Of a stretch of DNA of 64,000 nucleotides, positions 31,206 through 40,994 are shown in pieces; position 1 is the stretch's first letter, and every line of letters starts with the position of its first letter. This stretch comes from an uncultured delta proteobacterium. Lineage in GTDB: Bacteria; Desulfobacterota; Desulfobacteria; Desulfobacterales; QNYZ01. Both the position numbers and the translations under genes were made by a program. Under the pieces are notes generated by a model, which saw nothing but the letters and a program-made list of their open reading frames with translations, had not been told where the DNA came from and made no database searches. The stretch is from positions 32,001-96,000 of the forward strand of contig CAWJQU010000005.1 in assembly GCA_963845145.1 (NCBI GenBank). The letters are read 5' to 3'.

Positions 31206-33542
31206 TTAGAATCCCTTGAATGGATTCGGCCCCAGGTCTTCAATGATCTCGACAAAATCGTTTACGATTTGCGGAATTTTATCGTATTCGTCAATGGCGA
31301 TATCAAATTGTGCGACGCGTTCATTTTCCAACGCCAAACTTTGCAATGCCTCGCCGATCTTCTTCATTCGAATGCTGGCCAGTTCACTACCTTTGATAAA
31401 GTGGCACTGATAATCATCGCCATGTTTACAACCCATAAGAAAAACGCCGTCCATGCCTTGGGAGAGGGCATCCTTGATCCAGATGACATTTACCGAACCA
31501 AGGCAGCGGACCGGAATAAAGCGCACATCCGCAGAATAACTCAATCGATTCAACCCGGCCATGTCGATGGCGGGGTACGCATCGTTTTCACAAACCAGTC
31601 CCAGAATCCGAACGGGTGGCTCTTCATAATCATCCTCAGAGGGAACGCCAACGGCTTTTACCATCGAGCCGATACTGTCGATATTGTAGTCAGCAAAACC
31701 GATGATTCGCTCCGGGCAGGCGCCCATACATGTACCGCACCGCCGACACCGCGCCGGATTGGGTTTGGGTGTTCCGCGCTCATCGTCATCCAGGGCGCCA
31801 AAGGGACACTCTTCGGTGCATCGTTTGCACTGGGTGCAACGTTGGAAGAAGAAGTCCGGAAAAGTCATATCCCCGGAACGGGGATGCACAGAGACACCGC
31901 GATTGACCGACTCCAGGCATTGAATGGCTTTCAGGGCCGCACCGGAGGCGTCTTCCATAGACTCTTCCACGGTCATGGCCCGGCGAATACCACCAGCGGC
32001 ATAAATGCCGGTACGCTGGGTTTCATAGGGAAAGCAGATAAAATTGGAATCGGCAAATCATCAAACAGATTCATTATCCCGAAATCCGGGGCCCTGGCGA
32101 TAGGCCAGGTTGATCACCGGATCGTCTGTGGTCACCGGAACCATACCGGTTCCCAGCACCACCATATCGGCCTTCACCTTGATTCTTTCTCCCAGCAGCG
32201 TGTTGTCCGCCTCCACAATGAGTCCACCGCCGTTTTTCGACACCCGGGTCACTTCACCTTTGGTCAGGAAAACACCCGGATCCTGCTGAATGCTTTTATA
32301 GAAATTTTCCGATAATCCGGGGGTGCGCATATGCTGGTAAAATACGAACGCCTTACCGTCATCATAATCCTGGCGCACGTACTTGGCCTGTTTTAAGGCC
32401 ACCATGCTGGTAACCGATCCCGCATAGGCAAAATCATTGTCATGCCCTGTCCAGGGCTCTGGACGAAAACAACACTTTTCGCCTCGGCGCCATCGGACGG
32501 TCGGTTAATCCGACCTGCTTTGGCGATCTCTTCGAACTGGACATTGGTAACAACATCCGGCAACTGGCCGAAACCCAGATGGGCAAATTCATCTTCGGCA
32601 GGCTCATAGGGCCGCCAACCGGCCGCCAGAATCACCGCACCAAATTTTTCGCCTGCGGGGTCAAAGGCCAGGATATCCCGTTTGCCTTCATTAAATTCCA
32701 TATATTTTTCATGCAGGACGGCTACGTCAAGATCCTTGCCGTTCTCATCCACCTTCATTTCATCGGGCAACGGAAAGGGCACATCGAATTCGATTTTTTC
32801 TCCCGGCGTTTTAAGGGTTACGATAAAATCACCCGGTTCGCCGGCGATGCGTGCCACAGCCGTTTCGGTACGAATGGTAATATTGGGATGGGCTTCAGCC
32901 GCCGCAATCTTATCGGCCACAATAGGCTCGATAAGTCGCTCATACGGATCGGTAATGGGGAGTTGTTGGCGCCAGTCCGCCGGCTTTTCCGCCCAAATGG
33001 CCCTCTTTTTCCACGATGGTGACTTCATAACCTGTCTTGGCCGCATCCAACGCCGCTGCCATACCGGTGATTCCGCCGCCGATGACCAAAATTTTCCGAC
33101 TTAACGTTTCCATTTCATAGGGTTCCGGCAGATCAATTTTTCCAACTTTGACCATCCCCATTTTCAAATAATCCTCGGCAAGCAATTGCAGGCGATCGAA
33201 ATGGACGCCATCATCTTTCTGTTCTTCGGTCAGAGCGGGAAACTCTTCACGGGGGTGAGACCAGACGACTTGCTCGCGCAGGTTGACACGATCGACGATG
33301 CATCCATCGAACCGGAATACATCGAAATTCACCCGACGGGAACAGGCTGCGATGACAATCGCATTGGTCCCTTTGTCGCCAATATCTTTTTTTATCACGT
33401 CAACACCCGCCTGACTGCATAGAAACGGATGGGTTTGTACGGGCAGGGCCTCTTCCTCGGCAACTTCGGCCAGTGCTTTCATATCGAGCACATCGCCGAT
33501 GCCGCAGCCACTGCAGATGTAAACACCATATACCTTTTCCAT
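31206..33542 (-). pseudogene. qmoB: QmoB (HdrA-like plus MvhD domain), disrupted by four single-base indels in this sequence (likely artefacts)
   Basis: Fragments in order: VYICSGCGIG..GGGITG; WRQQLP..VQSPG; SMVALKQA..YRQGP; FADSNFICFPYET..CTQCKRCTEECP..VRCLGS..NPFKGF. Indels at about 32981, 32446, 32070 and 32060. Confidence 0.92.
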
Positions 33543-33553
33543 GGACAAACCTC

Positions 33554-34831
33554 CTACTTACCTGTGAGGGTCTGAATGGCCTTCAAGGCCATGCCCGTTG
33601 CATTCTGATTGGACGATACCACATCGGCCGGTTTGTTTGCGCAACCGGCCGCCAGCATACCCCCGCCTTTCAAATCGTTGACGACAAATCCACTCTCATT
33701 GATGGTAAGATCCGCCGGTAGCGGTGCATTGGCGGCAGTCGGCTGCATACCGGTGGCCAGGACCACCATATCTACCGTCTGATGAACTTTCTCACCGGTA
33801 ACCGCATTTTCAGCTGTTACGGTAATCTGGTTGGTACCGGGGATTTCCGCAACCGCCGCAACTTTACCTTTGATAAAAAAGACATTTTCATCCTTTTTGA
33901 TCGTATCGTAAAAACGTTCATAGCGATATCCGGGGGCACGTAAATCAATGTAGAAAATGTAAATTTTCGTATCAGGATACTGGGCACGAATGTAAGTGGC
34001 ATGCTTAAGTGACGCCATACAGCAGATATAGGAACAATAGGGAAGATGGTTTTCATCCCGTGAACCGGCGCATTGTACAAAAGCGACACTTTGGGGCGCC
34101 TGATCATCGGAAGGTCTTTTGATCACACCCTTGGTGGGGCCATTGGGCGCGGCCAGGCGCTCTAACATCATATTGGTGATGATATTTTGATGCATTCCGA
34201 ACCCGAGATTATCGATTCGACCGGCATCGTAAGGTTCCCAGCCGGTGGCCCATACCACGGCCCCGACTTTAAGATTGATCGTTTTCGGCGCCATATCCAA
34301 TTCAACCGCCTCATACTCGCAGGAGGCTTTGATTCGATCCGCATCGTCGGTACCGATCACCTGGGGCGAAATCACATACCGCGCTGGAAATGCCATCGTA
34401 AAAGGTAAATAAGCCGCTTTGGTGGTGTCCATGCCAAAATTGAATTCATTGGACACTTCCATTTCGCTTGCTTCCGTGCAGGCCCCGCAACATGTACAAT
34501 TTTCATTGACGAATCGGGGGCTTATTTTAACAGTGGCGTCGTAATCGCCGGGCCGGCCGTCGATTTTTTCTACTTCCGCCATGGTCAGGACCTGAATTCG
34601 GGGATTGTCCTTGATTCGGCGGAAATTTATCTCCAGGCCGCATGTGGGTGGGCATAGCTTGGGGAAATACTGGTTGAGCTGGGCGACCCGACCGCCCAGA
34701 TACGGATTTTTTTCCACCAGAAAGACTTCATACCCGACCTCGGCGGCTTCGATGGCCGTGGTCAGGCCGCTGATACCACCGCCCACAACCAGAATACTCT
34801 CGCTTGCAGGGGCCGTTTTCTCTGTGGTCAT
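33554..34831 (-). CDS. qmoA: Quinone-interacting membrane-bound oxidoreductase subunit A (HdrA-like)
   Basis: GGGISG, YFPKLCPPTCG, QCAGSRDENHLPYCSYICC. Downstream of aprA. Confidence 0.95.
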   Translation of the reverse strand: MTTEKTAPASESILVVGGGISGLTTAIEAAEVGYEVFLVEKNPYLGGRVAQLNQYFPKLCPPTCGLEINFRRIKDNPRIQVLTMAEVEKIDGRPGDYDATVKISPRFVNENCTCCGACTEASEMEVSNEFNFGMDTTKAAYLPFTMAFPARYVISPQVIGTDDADRIKASCEYEAVELDMAPKTINLKVGAVVWATGWEPYDAGRIDNLGFGMHQNIITNMMLERLAAPNGPTKGVIKRPSDDQAPQSVAFVQCAGSRDENHLPYCSYICCMASLKHATYIRAQYPDTKIYIFYIDLRAPGYRYERFYDTIKKDENVFFIKGKVAAVAEIPGTNQITVTAENAVTGEKVHQTVDMVVLATGMQPTAANAPLPADLTINESGFVVNDLKGGGMLAAGCANKPADVVSSNQNATGMALKAIQTLTGK

Positions 34832-34908
34832 GCGCTTCCTCCGTGCCGTGTGATTTTAGTAAACAGGCTGGGTTACAAATACGATTTATATCGACACCGT
34901 ATTGTACG

Positions 34909-35009
34909 GTGCTTACATGCCTAAACGGGAACATCATCTTGGTCTTCGAAAGCCCACTGAATGATGACCAGCGACTGTCGAATCTTTGCCCGTTTACGCA
35001 TGTAAGCAC
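34909..35009. repeat. 21-bp inverted repeat (20/21 match) enclosing 59 nt, upstream of qmoA
   Basis: gtgcttacatgcctaaacggg (34909-34929) versus cccgtttacgcatgtaagcac (34989-35009). Confidence 0.85.
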
Positions 35010-35029
35010 AGTTGGGAAAAGCGGTTAAC

Positions 35030-35062
35030 AAAAACCTCCAGGTATCTTGCGATACCTGGAGG
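35030..35062 (-). terminator. Rho-independent terminator after aprA
   Basis: cctccaggtatc-N4-gatacctggagg perfect 12-bp stem, followed on the minus strand by TTTTTGTT. Confidence 0.85.
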
Positions 35063-35127
35063 CAATGCGTTACCGATGAAACCGGGCGCCAAACCCATCG
35101 CGGCGATCGGCGCACGGATTCATCCGA

Positions 35128-37107
35128 TTAATCCTTGAAGATCTTCACATAATCCTTCTTGAAGACATCCCACTTAGCTTCTTTAGGATCATATTTAGAG
35201 TTGACGAAACAGAACCAGTTTTCGTCATCCGTTCCAGGATGATCGGACTGATAATAGAAGCCCGGATAACGGGTTTCCTTACGATACTGGATGTGACGCA
35301 GATGGGACTCTACCGTCCAGATACGATGGTAGATTTCCCAGGCGCGCATGAGCTCATGCAGGTCAGCAGCAGCCATTTTTTCACAGTCTTCACGCATGGT
35401 CTGGAGAAGATCCATGACAATCTCCAGGCTCTTGTTGGAAGTCTGGTAGAAAGTAGCCGTACCAGCACCATACTCATGGGTGGCTTTCATGAGGCGATAC
35501 ATCATCCCGTTGGGTTTCAGATAAAACGGGTTGATATCCGTGGCGGTGCTGTAGTCACAATGCTCCAGATAGGTCCGCACGGGTTTATAAACCATGTCGA
35601 CCAACTCGTCATTGGACTGGGCCAGGGCCGGTGAAAAATCGGCATTGTCTTTGGCATAGCGAACCATTTGCTTGACGGCCATACGACCTTCAGCATGGGA
35701 CCCGGAAGAAAATTTATGCCCGGAACAACCCACACCGTCACCAGCGGTGAAAAGACCATTGACCGTGGTCATACGATCATACACCTTACCGTTGGCAGCT
35801 TTGATTTTGTAGCTGTCCGGGACCCAATCCAGATCCGGTCCGGAAGTCCACAGACCGCAGCAACCCGAATGGGAGCCCAGCAGGTACGGCTCGGTGGGCA
35901 TAACTTCGGAGTTCTTCTTTTCCGGCTCACAATCCTGAGCACACCACAGGTTGGCCTGGCCACAGGTCATGTCAAGAAAATCTTCCCAAGCTTCGGCTTC
36001 CAGATGCTTGAGTTCTTTCTTACTCATGGTTTTACCAATATCGGCCAGAGCGGTCACGGTGTCCATCATGATGGGGCCACGGCCTTCTTTCATCTCGAAG
36101 AGCATCAGATGATTTCTGAGGCAAGTCGGGGTAATGGCGGCCGTGCCATAGGGTGCATATTTTTCAAGTTCGGCTTTGGCGGCGTCACTGCCGGCAAAGG
36201 CTTCGCCCAAGCCGTTTAAGGTCTTGGCTTTAAACAGCAGGAACCAAGCGCCAACCGGGCCATAACCATCTTTAAAACGGGCCGGGGTGAAACGGTTTTC
36301 CATCATGGAGAGTTCCGCGCCAACCTTCATACACATGGTATAGGTAGATCCGGCATTCCAGACCGGGTACCAGGCACGGCCCTTACCCTCGCCAACCGAA
36401 CGGGGCTGGTAAATATTTACCGCGCCGCCACAGGCGACCATCATGGTTTTACACTTGATAACATAAACTTTGTTCTCACGCAGGGAAAAGCCAACCGCAC
36501 CGGCAATCTGATTTTCATTATTGGCGTCGAGAAGCAACTCAACGATGAAACAACGCTCAATGATGTTTTCCTCACCGATGGCCAGCTTGGCAGCTTCGGC
36601 TACGATCCGTTTGTAGGATTCGCCGTTGATCATGATCTGCCATTTACCGGTCCGTACGGGCTGGGCACCACTTTTCAGGGTTCCCATTGTCTGGCCTTTA
36701 TTACCGTCGAGATTTTTTCCGTCTTCGGTTTTTTTCCAAATCGGCAGGCCCCATTCTTCGAACAGATGCACGGAGTCATCTACGTGACAGCCCAGATTGA
36801 AAATCAAGTCTTCGCGGACAATACCCATCAGGTCATTTCGGACCATACGGACATAATCTTCAGGGGAGTTGTCGCCAATATAGGTGTTGATGGCCGAGAG
36901 GCCCTGGGCCACGGCGCCGGAACGCTCCATCGCCGCTTTGTCGCACAGCAGAACGGATTGATCGTCACCCAACCATTTTTTTACCTCAAATGCCGCACCG
37001 CAGGCCGCCATTCCGCCACCTACGATGAGAACATCCACTTCACGCTCTTCCACTTCCGGATCCTTGACTGCGTTTAATTCGCCCAAGGGTTTATTCGGTA
37101 ATGCCAT
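35128..37107 (-). CDS. aprA: Adenylylsulfate reductase alpha subunit
   Basis: GGGMAACG, ERSGAVAQGLSAINTY, WQIMINGESYK, RFKDGYGPVGAWF, HKFSSGSHAEGR. Confidence 0.98.
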   Translation of the reverse strand: MALPNKPLGELNAVKDPEVEEREVDVLIVGGGMAACGAAFEVKKWLGDDQSVLLCDKAAMERSGAVAQGLSAINTYIGDNSPEDYVRMVRNDLMGIVREDLIFNLGCHVDDSVHLFEEWGLPIWKKTEDGKNLDGNKGQTMGTLKSGAQPVRTGKWQIMINGESYKRIVAEAAKLAIGEENIIERCFIVELLLDANNENQIAGAVGFSLRENKVYVIKCKTMMVACGGAVNIYQPRSVGEGKGRAWYPVWNAGSTYTMCMKVGAELSMMENRFTPARFKDGYGPVGAWFLLFKAKTLNGLGEAFAGSDAAKAELEKYAPYGTAAITPTCLRNHLMLFEMKEGRGPIMMDTVTALADIGKTMSKKELKHLEAEAWEDFLDMTCGQANLWCAQDCEPEKKNSEVMPTEPYLLGSHSGCCGLWTSGPDLDWVPDSYKIKAANGKVYDRMTTVNGLFTAGDGVGCSGHKFSSGSHAEGRMAVKQMVRYAKDNADFSPALAQSNDELVDMVYKPVRTYLEHCDYSTATDINPFYLKPNGMMYRLMKATHEYGAGTATFYQTSNKSLEIVMDLLQTMREDCEKMAAADLHELMRAWEIYHRIWTVESHLRHIQYRKETRYPGFYYQSDHPGTDDENWFCFVNSKYDPKEAKWDVFKKDYVKIFKD

Positions 37108-37170
37108 ATTATCTCCCTCCTTAGGAAACAGTAACTATGATGTATTCGTATTAACTGATTTTTTGATTAC

Positions 37171-37614
37171 CTAAGCCATCTGCGCGGGATCAGGTTGGCG
37201 TAACTGGGCGCCGTCAGCTTCTTCGGTCGCCAGCAGATCGCTCTCGATATCCTGGCCCTTCAAACCGGTGTAAGCGTTGGCTTGACCTTCAGGGGTCGTC
37301 CGGATGGGGAACTTGAAGCGTTTGATAAGGCCGTTTCTGAACTTACAGGTCCACATCACATCTTCGGTACCCAGCATCGGCATAATGCTGCTTCCTAGGG
37401 GAACAAAGTCGGCATAACCACGAACTTCAATGGCCTGGGTCGGGCAGATCTTTACACAAGAAAAGCATTCCCAGCATTGATCAGGTTCCTGGTTGTAAGC
37501 TTTCATTTCGTTGGGCTCTAAAACCATCAAGTCGTTGGGACAAATGTACATACAGGCAGTCTTGTCCCCGCCCTTGCAACCGTCACATTTTTCTGTAATG
37601 ACAAAACTTGGCAT
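37171..37614 (-). CDS. aprB: Adenylylsulfate reductase beta subunit
   Basis: CDGCKGGDKTACMYICP, CWECFSCVKICP, RGYADF, KRFKFPIRTTPEG. Confidence 0.98.
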   Translation of the reverse strand: MPSFVITEKCDGCKGGDKTACMYICPNDLMVLEPNEMKAYNQEPDQCWECFSCVKICPTQAIEVRGYADFVPLGSSIMPMLGTEDVMWTCKFRNGLIKRFKFPIRTTPEGQANAYTGLKGQDIESDLLATEEADGAQLRQPDPAQMA

Positions 37615-37915
37615 TAATAATCCTCCTCGTGGATACTTGCATTTAAAAATTAAGGTTCCAACAATTCCAAATTACCAAAAAAGTTTCTCTCGGTTTATCC
37701 TCACACCCCCCTTCTATAAAACCAAATTAGTTTAAAATTCGTTAATTATTAAAAGGCTTACGGTTAAACCTGCGGCAAACTGCAATGAATCTATTTGCCA
37801 TCATAGCAATCTATTCTTATAAATATGGCCATCGCCCGAAATCGAGTTCAATCGGGCTCAATCTGTTACCAATATTTAGTGTAAATCCAAGTGGATACGC
37901 TTGTGCCAAGGATTT

Positions 37916-37944
37916 TAAATATCATCCACAAGAACCCTTGTCAA
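37916..37944 (-). promoter_or_regulatory. Putative sigma70 promoter of aprBA
   Basis: Minus strand TTGACA-17 nt-TATTTA with an extended TGn, about 300 nt upstream of aprB. Confidence 0.5.
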
Positions 37945-38239
37945 GCGGTTTTTCAGATGTACTGACAGGACCCCCTCGCCCTGACCGGCACCCCCAATAT
38001 CTAGTAAAAAAACCAGCAATGAAACCATATTTAGTGTTTACCGGTCCAACCGATCCAATGATCACAACAGAACGCCTTGCTGTGAAAAAAATCATCACAT
38101 TTAGGTCCCATCAAGACCGCTTTAAAAAAAGCGGGTTGACAATCGAAAACGGATCAAGGCAAGGTCAATTTTAGAGAAGATATGGTGCCTCATTGCCGAT
38201 GATTCTCAAGCATAAACGCCGCCCACATGGAAAACACAA

Positions 38240-38953
38240 ATGACCCCTATAACCGAAAAAGATACGTTCCGTTTTAATTGCACGCCCGATGTCGCGTGTT
38301 TCAACGAATGTTGCCGAAATTTGAATCAGTTTCTGTTTCCTTATGATGTTGTGAGACTGCGCAATCATTTCAGGGTATCGTCACGTCGTTTTTTGGAACG
38401 GTATACATCTTGCCACACCGGCCCGGAAACCGGGCTTCCAGTGGTCACTCTGCGCCCCAATGAAGATGCGGCGCAAACCTGTCCTTTCGTTTCCGAAGCG
38501 GGTTGCCGTGTGTATGCCGATCGTCCCGCGTCGTGCCGAATTTATCCCCTGGCACGCGCCATCGTGCGCAACCGCCAAACCGGCCAAATGCGTGAACATT
38601 TTGCGCTGCTTAAAGAGCCTCACTGTCGCGGGCATGAAGAACCTCAGGAACAGACGGCGGCGCAATGGATGACAGCCCAAGACCTGGCCGTGTATAACCG
38701 TACCAATGACCAAATGATGGCATTGATCAGTCTAAAAAACCGGCTTCACCCCGAACCTTTGGACTTGGTGACCACGCGAATGGTTTATACGGCTTGCTAT
38801 GACCACGATACATTCAGGGACCGGATCTTAAACGATGGATGGGGTGATGGCCCAAAACCGGATGCTGAAACCCGAACGCGATTGGCCACGGATGACCTCT
38901 TTTTATTAGATTTCGGGCTGGATTGGGCAAAAAAGTTAATCACTGACGAATAA
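38240..38953 (+). CDS. YkgJ family cysteine-cluster protein
   Basis: FRFNC..CFNECC, CPFV..GCRVYADRPASCRIYPL. Confidence 0.85.
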   Translation: MTPITEKDTFRFNCTPDVACFNECCRNLNQFLFPYDVVRLRNHFRVSSRRFLERYTSCHTGPETGLPVVTLRPNEDAAQTCPFVSEAGCRVYADRPASCRIYPLARAIVRNRQTGQMREHFALLKEPHCRGHEEPQEQTAAQWMTAQDLAVYNRTNDQMMALISLKNRLHPEPLDLVTTRMVYTACYDHDTFRDRILNDGWGDGPKPDAETRTRLATDDLFLLDFGLDWAKKLITDE

Positions 38954-38970
38954 CACAGGAGTACACCAAT

Positions 38971-39783
38971 ATGCCTGAAGAACGCGTGGCCCTGGTCTTA
39001 GGCGCCATTAAAGGTATCGGGAAAGCTATCGCACTGGATCTGGCGCGATCCGGTATTCGTGTGGTCTTGACATATTACGATTGGCAGGAGCATCTCGAAG
39101 CGCTTGAACGAGACCTTGCCGCTACCGGTACGTCACACCAATTAGTGGAAATTGATCTTCTCGAAACAGAACGAATCGAAGCCCTCATTGAACACATTAT
39201 CAACCGCTTTGGCAGGCTTGATATTCTGATCAACAATATTGAACGCGGCGGATGGCCTGTTGTCCACGGCAAGTACATTCAGGAACAATGGGATCTGGAA
39301 ATGGCCACGACCCTGCGGTCGAAGTGGTGGGTATTCAACACCGCCCTGCCCCACCTTAAGGCGTCCGGCAACGGTGCGGTAATCAATATATCTTCCATTG
39401 CCGGTATCGTCGGACGCTCGGGACCGGCCGCTTACGTGTTTAACGACGGCTACGCGGCCGCCAATCGAGGGATCGGACAATTCACCGAAACCTGGGCACG
39501 CCTGGGCGCACCCGAGGTCCGCGTTAATGAACTCATGCTGGGCCTTTTTGAAAGCCGCCATGCCGAAAAAACCCGGGGATGGGGCCTTTTAAGCGACCGG
39601 CAAAAGGAGGCCCTCATCGATCATACCTTACTTGGACGCTCCGGCCGCATCAAGGATGTGGTCGAGGCGGTGCGCTTCCTTTTATTCCAAGCGCCGTTTA
39701 TGACCGGCGGACTTCTGCGCCTCGACGGCGGCTATGTGCTGGGGGGTGAAAAGGTTGCGCCCATGCCACCAGGAGTGGTATGA
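38971..39783 (+). CDS. SDR family oxidoreductase with atypical YxxxN motif
   Basis: GAIKGIG, GRLDILINN, NISSIAG, YAAAN, VRVN, LRLDGG. Confidence 0.85.
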   Translation: MPEERVALVLGAIKGIGKAIALDLARSGIRVVLTYYDWQEHLEALERDLAATGTSHQLVEIDLLETERIEALIEHIINRFGRLDILINNIERGGWPVVHGKYIQEQWDLEMATTLRSKWWVFNTALPHLKASGNGAVINISSIAGIVGRSGPAAYVFNDGYAAANRGIGQFTETWARLGAPEVRVNELMLGLFESRHAEKTRGWGLLSDRQKEALIDHTLLGRSGRIKDVVEAVRFLLFQAPFMTGGLLRLDGGYVLGGEKVAPMPPGVV

Positions 39784-39851
39784 AACAGACTCATTTCATC
39801 TTTTCACTCCCATTTTAACACGTCTTTAAACCACAAAAAGGAGGATTGGCT

Positions 39852-40865
39852 ATGATTGGATTCAAATTTGATAAAAGGTGGGGAACGGTTTATCTACTTA
39901 CGGCATTAATGGCCGCTACCCTGATTTTGGCCGGAGGCGCCTTCCAGCCTGCAATCTCAGCTGACACGATCAAGGTCGCCGCCGTGTTTGAAACGCCCAT
40001 CGAAGAGCCCTGGGTGAACCAGATCCATGTGGCGCTGCTCAAGGCCAAGAAAGAGATGGGGATCGAGTACACCTGGTCGGAAAGCGTCAAATCGGCGGAT
40101 TTTGCCAGGGTCATGCGGGAATACGCCGAAAAAGGCTATCAGCTCATTACGGGCGACTCCTTCGGCGCAGAGCGCATCGCCCGCCGGGTGGCCCGCGATT
40201 ATCCCAAAACCGCTTTTGTTTTCGGCTCCGGCATCGGTCCGGCCGAACCCAATTTTGGGGTATTCGACAATTGGATTCATGAACCGGCCTATCTCTCCGG
40301 AATGATCGCCGGGAAAATGACAAAATCCAATATTATCGGCGTGGTGGCTGCCATGCCGATTCCCGAAGTGAACCGCCTCTCCAACGCCTTCTACGCCGGC
40401 GCCAAGGAAGTCAACCCCCAGGTCGTGTGTAAATTCTCGTTCATCGGTTCCTTTTTCGATCCGCCCAAAGCCAAAGAGGCAGCCCTGGCCCAGATTGAAG
40501 CCGGTGCCGATGTGTTGTACGCGGAACGCTTCGGCGTCATTGAAGCCTGTGTCGAAAAAAAGGTCCTGGCCATTTCCAACATGTCCGATCAGTCCGAATT
40601 GGGTCCTGAGACCGTGATTACCGGACCGGTATGGGATATGTGGCCCACGATCAAGTACGCCATCAGCCTGGTCCAGGCCGGCGTGTTTACCGCCCAGGAT
40701 TTCGGCGGGTTTTCCTACATGTCCAAAGGCGGCTCCTATCTGGCCCCCTACAACAAATGGGAATCCAAACTCCCCGATGATGTAAAAATGATGGTGGAAA
40801 AGCGAAAAAAAGAAATTTTAGACGGCACCTTCCGCGTGGATATCGACGAATCCATGCCCAAATAA
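39852..40865 (+). CDS. BMP family (nucleoside/nucleobase) ABC substrate-binding protein
   Basis: Signal peptide, EPAYLSGMIAGKMTKSNIIG, IPEVNR, FIGSFFDP..KEAA. AGGAGG RBS. Confidence 0.9.
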   Translation: MIGFKFDKRWGTVYLLTALMAATLILAGGAFQPAISADTIKVAAVFETPIEEPWVNQIHVALLKAKKEMGIEYTWSESVKSADFARVMREYAEKGYQLITGDSFGAERIARRVARDYPKTAFVFGSGIGPAEPNFGVFDNWIHEPAYLSGMIAGKMTKSNIIGVVAAMPIPEVNRLSNAFYAGAKEVNPQVVCKFSFIGSFFDPPKAKEAALAQIEAGADVLYAERFGVIEACVEKKVLAISNMSDQSELGPETVITGPVWDMWPTIKYAISLVQAGVFTAQDFGGFSYMSKGGSYLAPYNKWESKLPDDVKMMVEKRKKEILDGTFRVDIDESMPK

Positions 40866-40894
40866 CACAGCGCACCGTTAAGCTTAATCGAATA

Positions 40895-40916
40895 GGGGCG
40901 GCGCACCAGCCGCCCC
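40895..40916 (+). other. GC-rich hairpin after the substrate-binding gene (mRNA-stabilising or partial terminator)
   Basis: ggggcggc-gcacca-gccgcccc, with no U tract on the + strand. Confidence 0.55.
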
Positions 40917-40994
40917 AACCAAACAAACTCAAAAAAAAACCTGAACACCGCAAACGCTATTATCTCTACCAACGCAATTAACCCAATAAACCCT

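Noticed and set aside
32058..32063. Tandem in-frame TGA TGA in qmoB as selenocysteine or readthrough
   Set aside because: The shifted frame spells the expected LFD(G)F. A compensating +1/-1 indel pair explains the stops, and no Cys is expected at this position.
37785..38174. 129-aa ORF in the aprB-ykgJ intergenic region
   Set aside because: No RBS or recognisable motif, and it overlaps the probable aprB promoter.
38971..39783. SDR as pteridine reductase (FolM/PTR1)
   Set aside because: It lacks the Arg of the TGxxxRIG motif, so it is left as an unassigned SDR.
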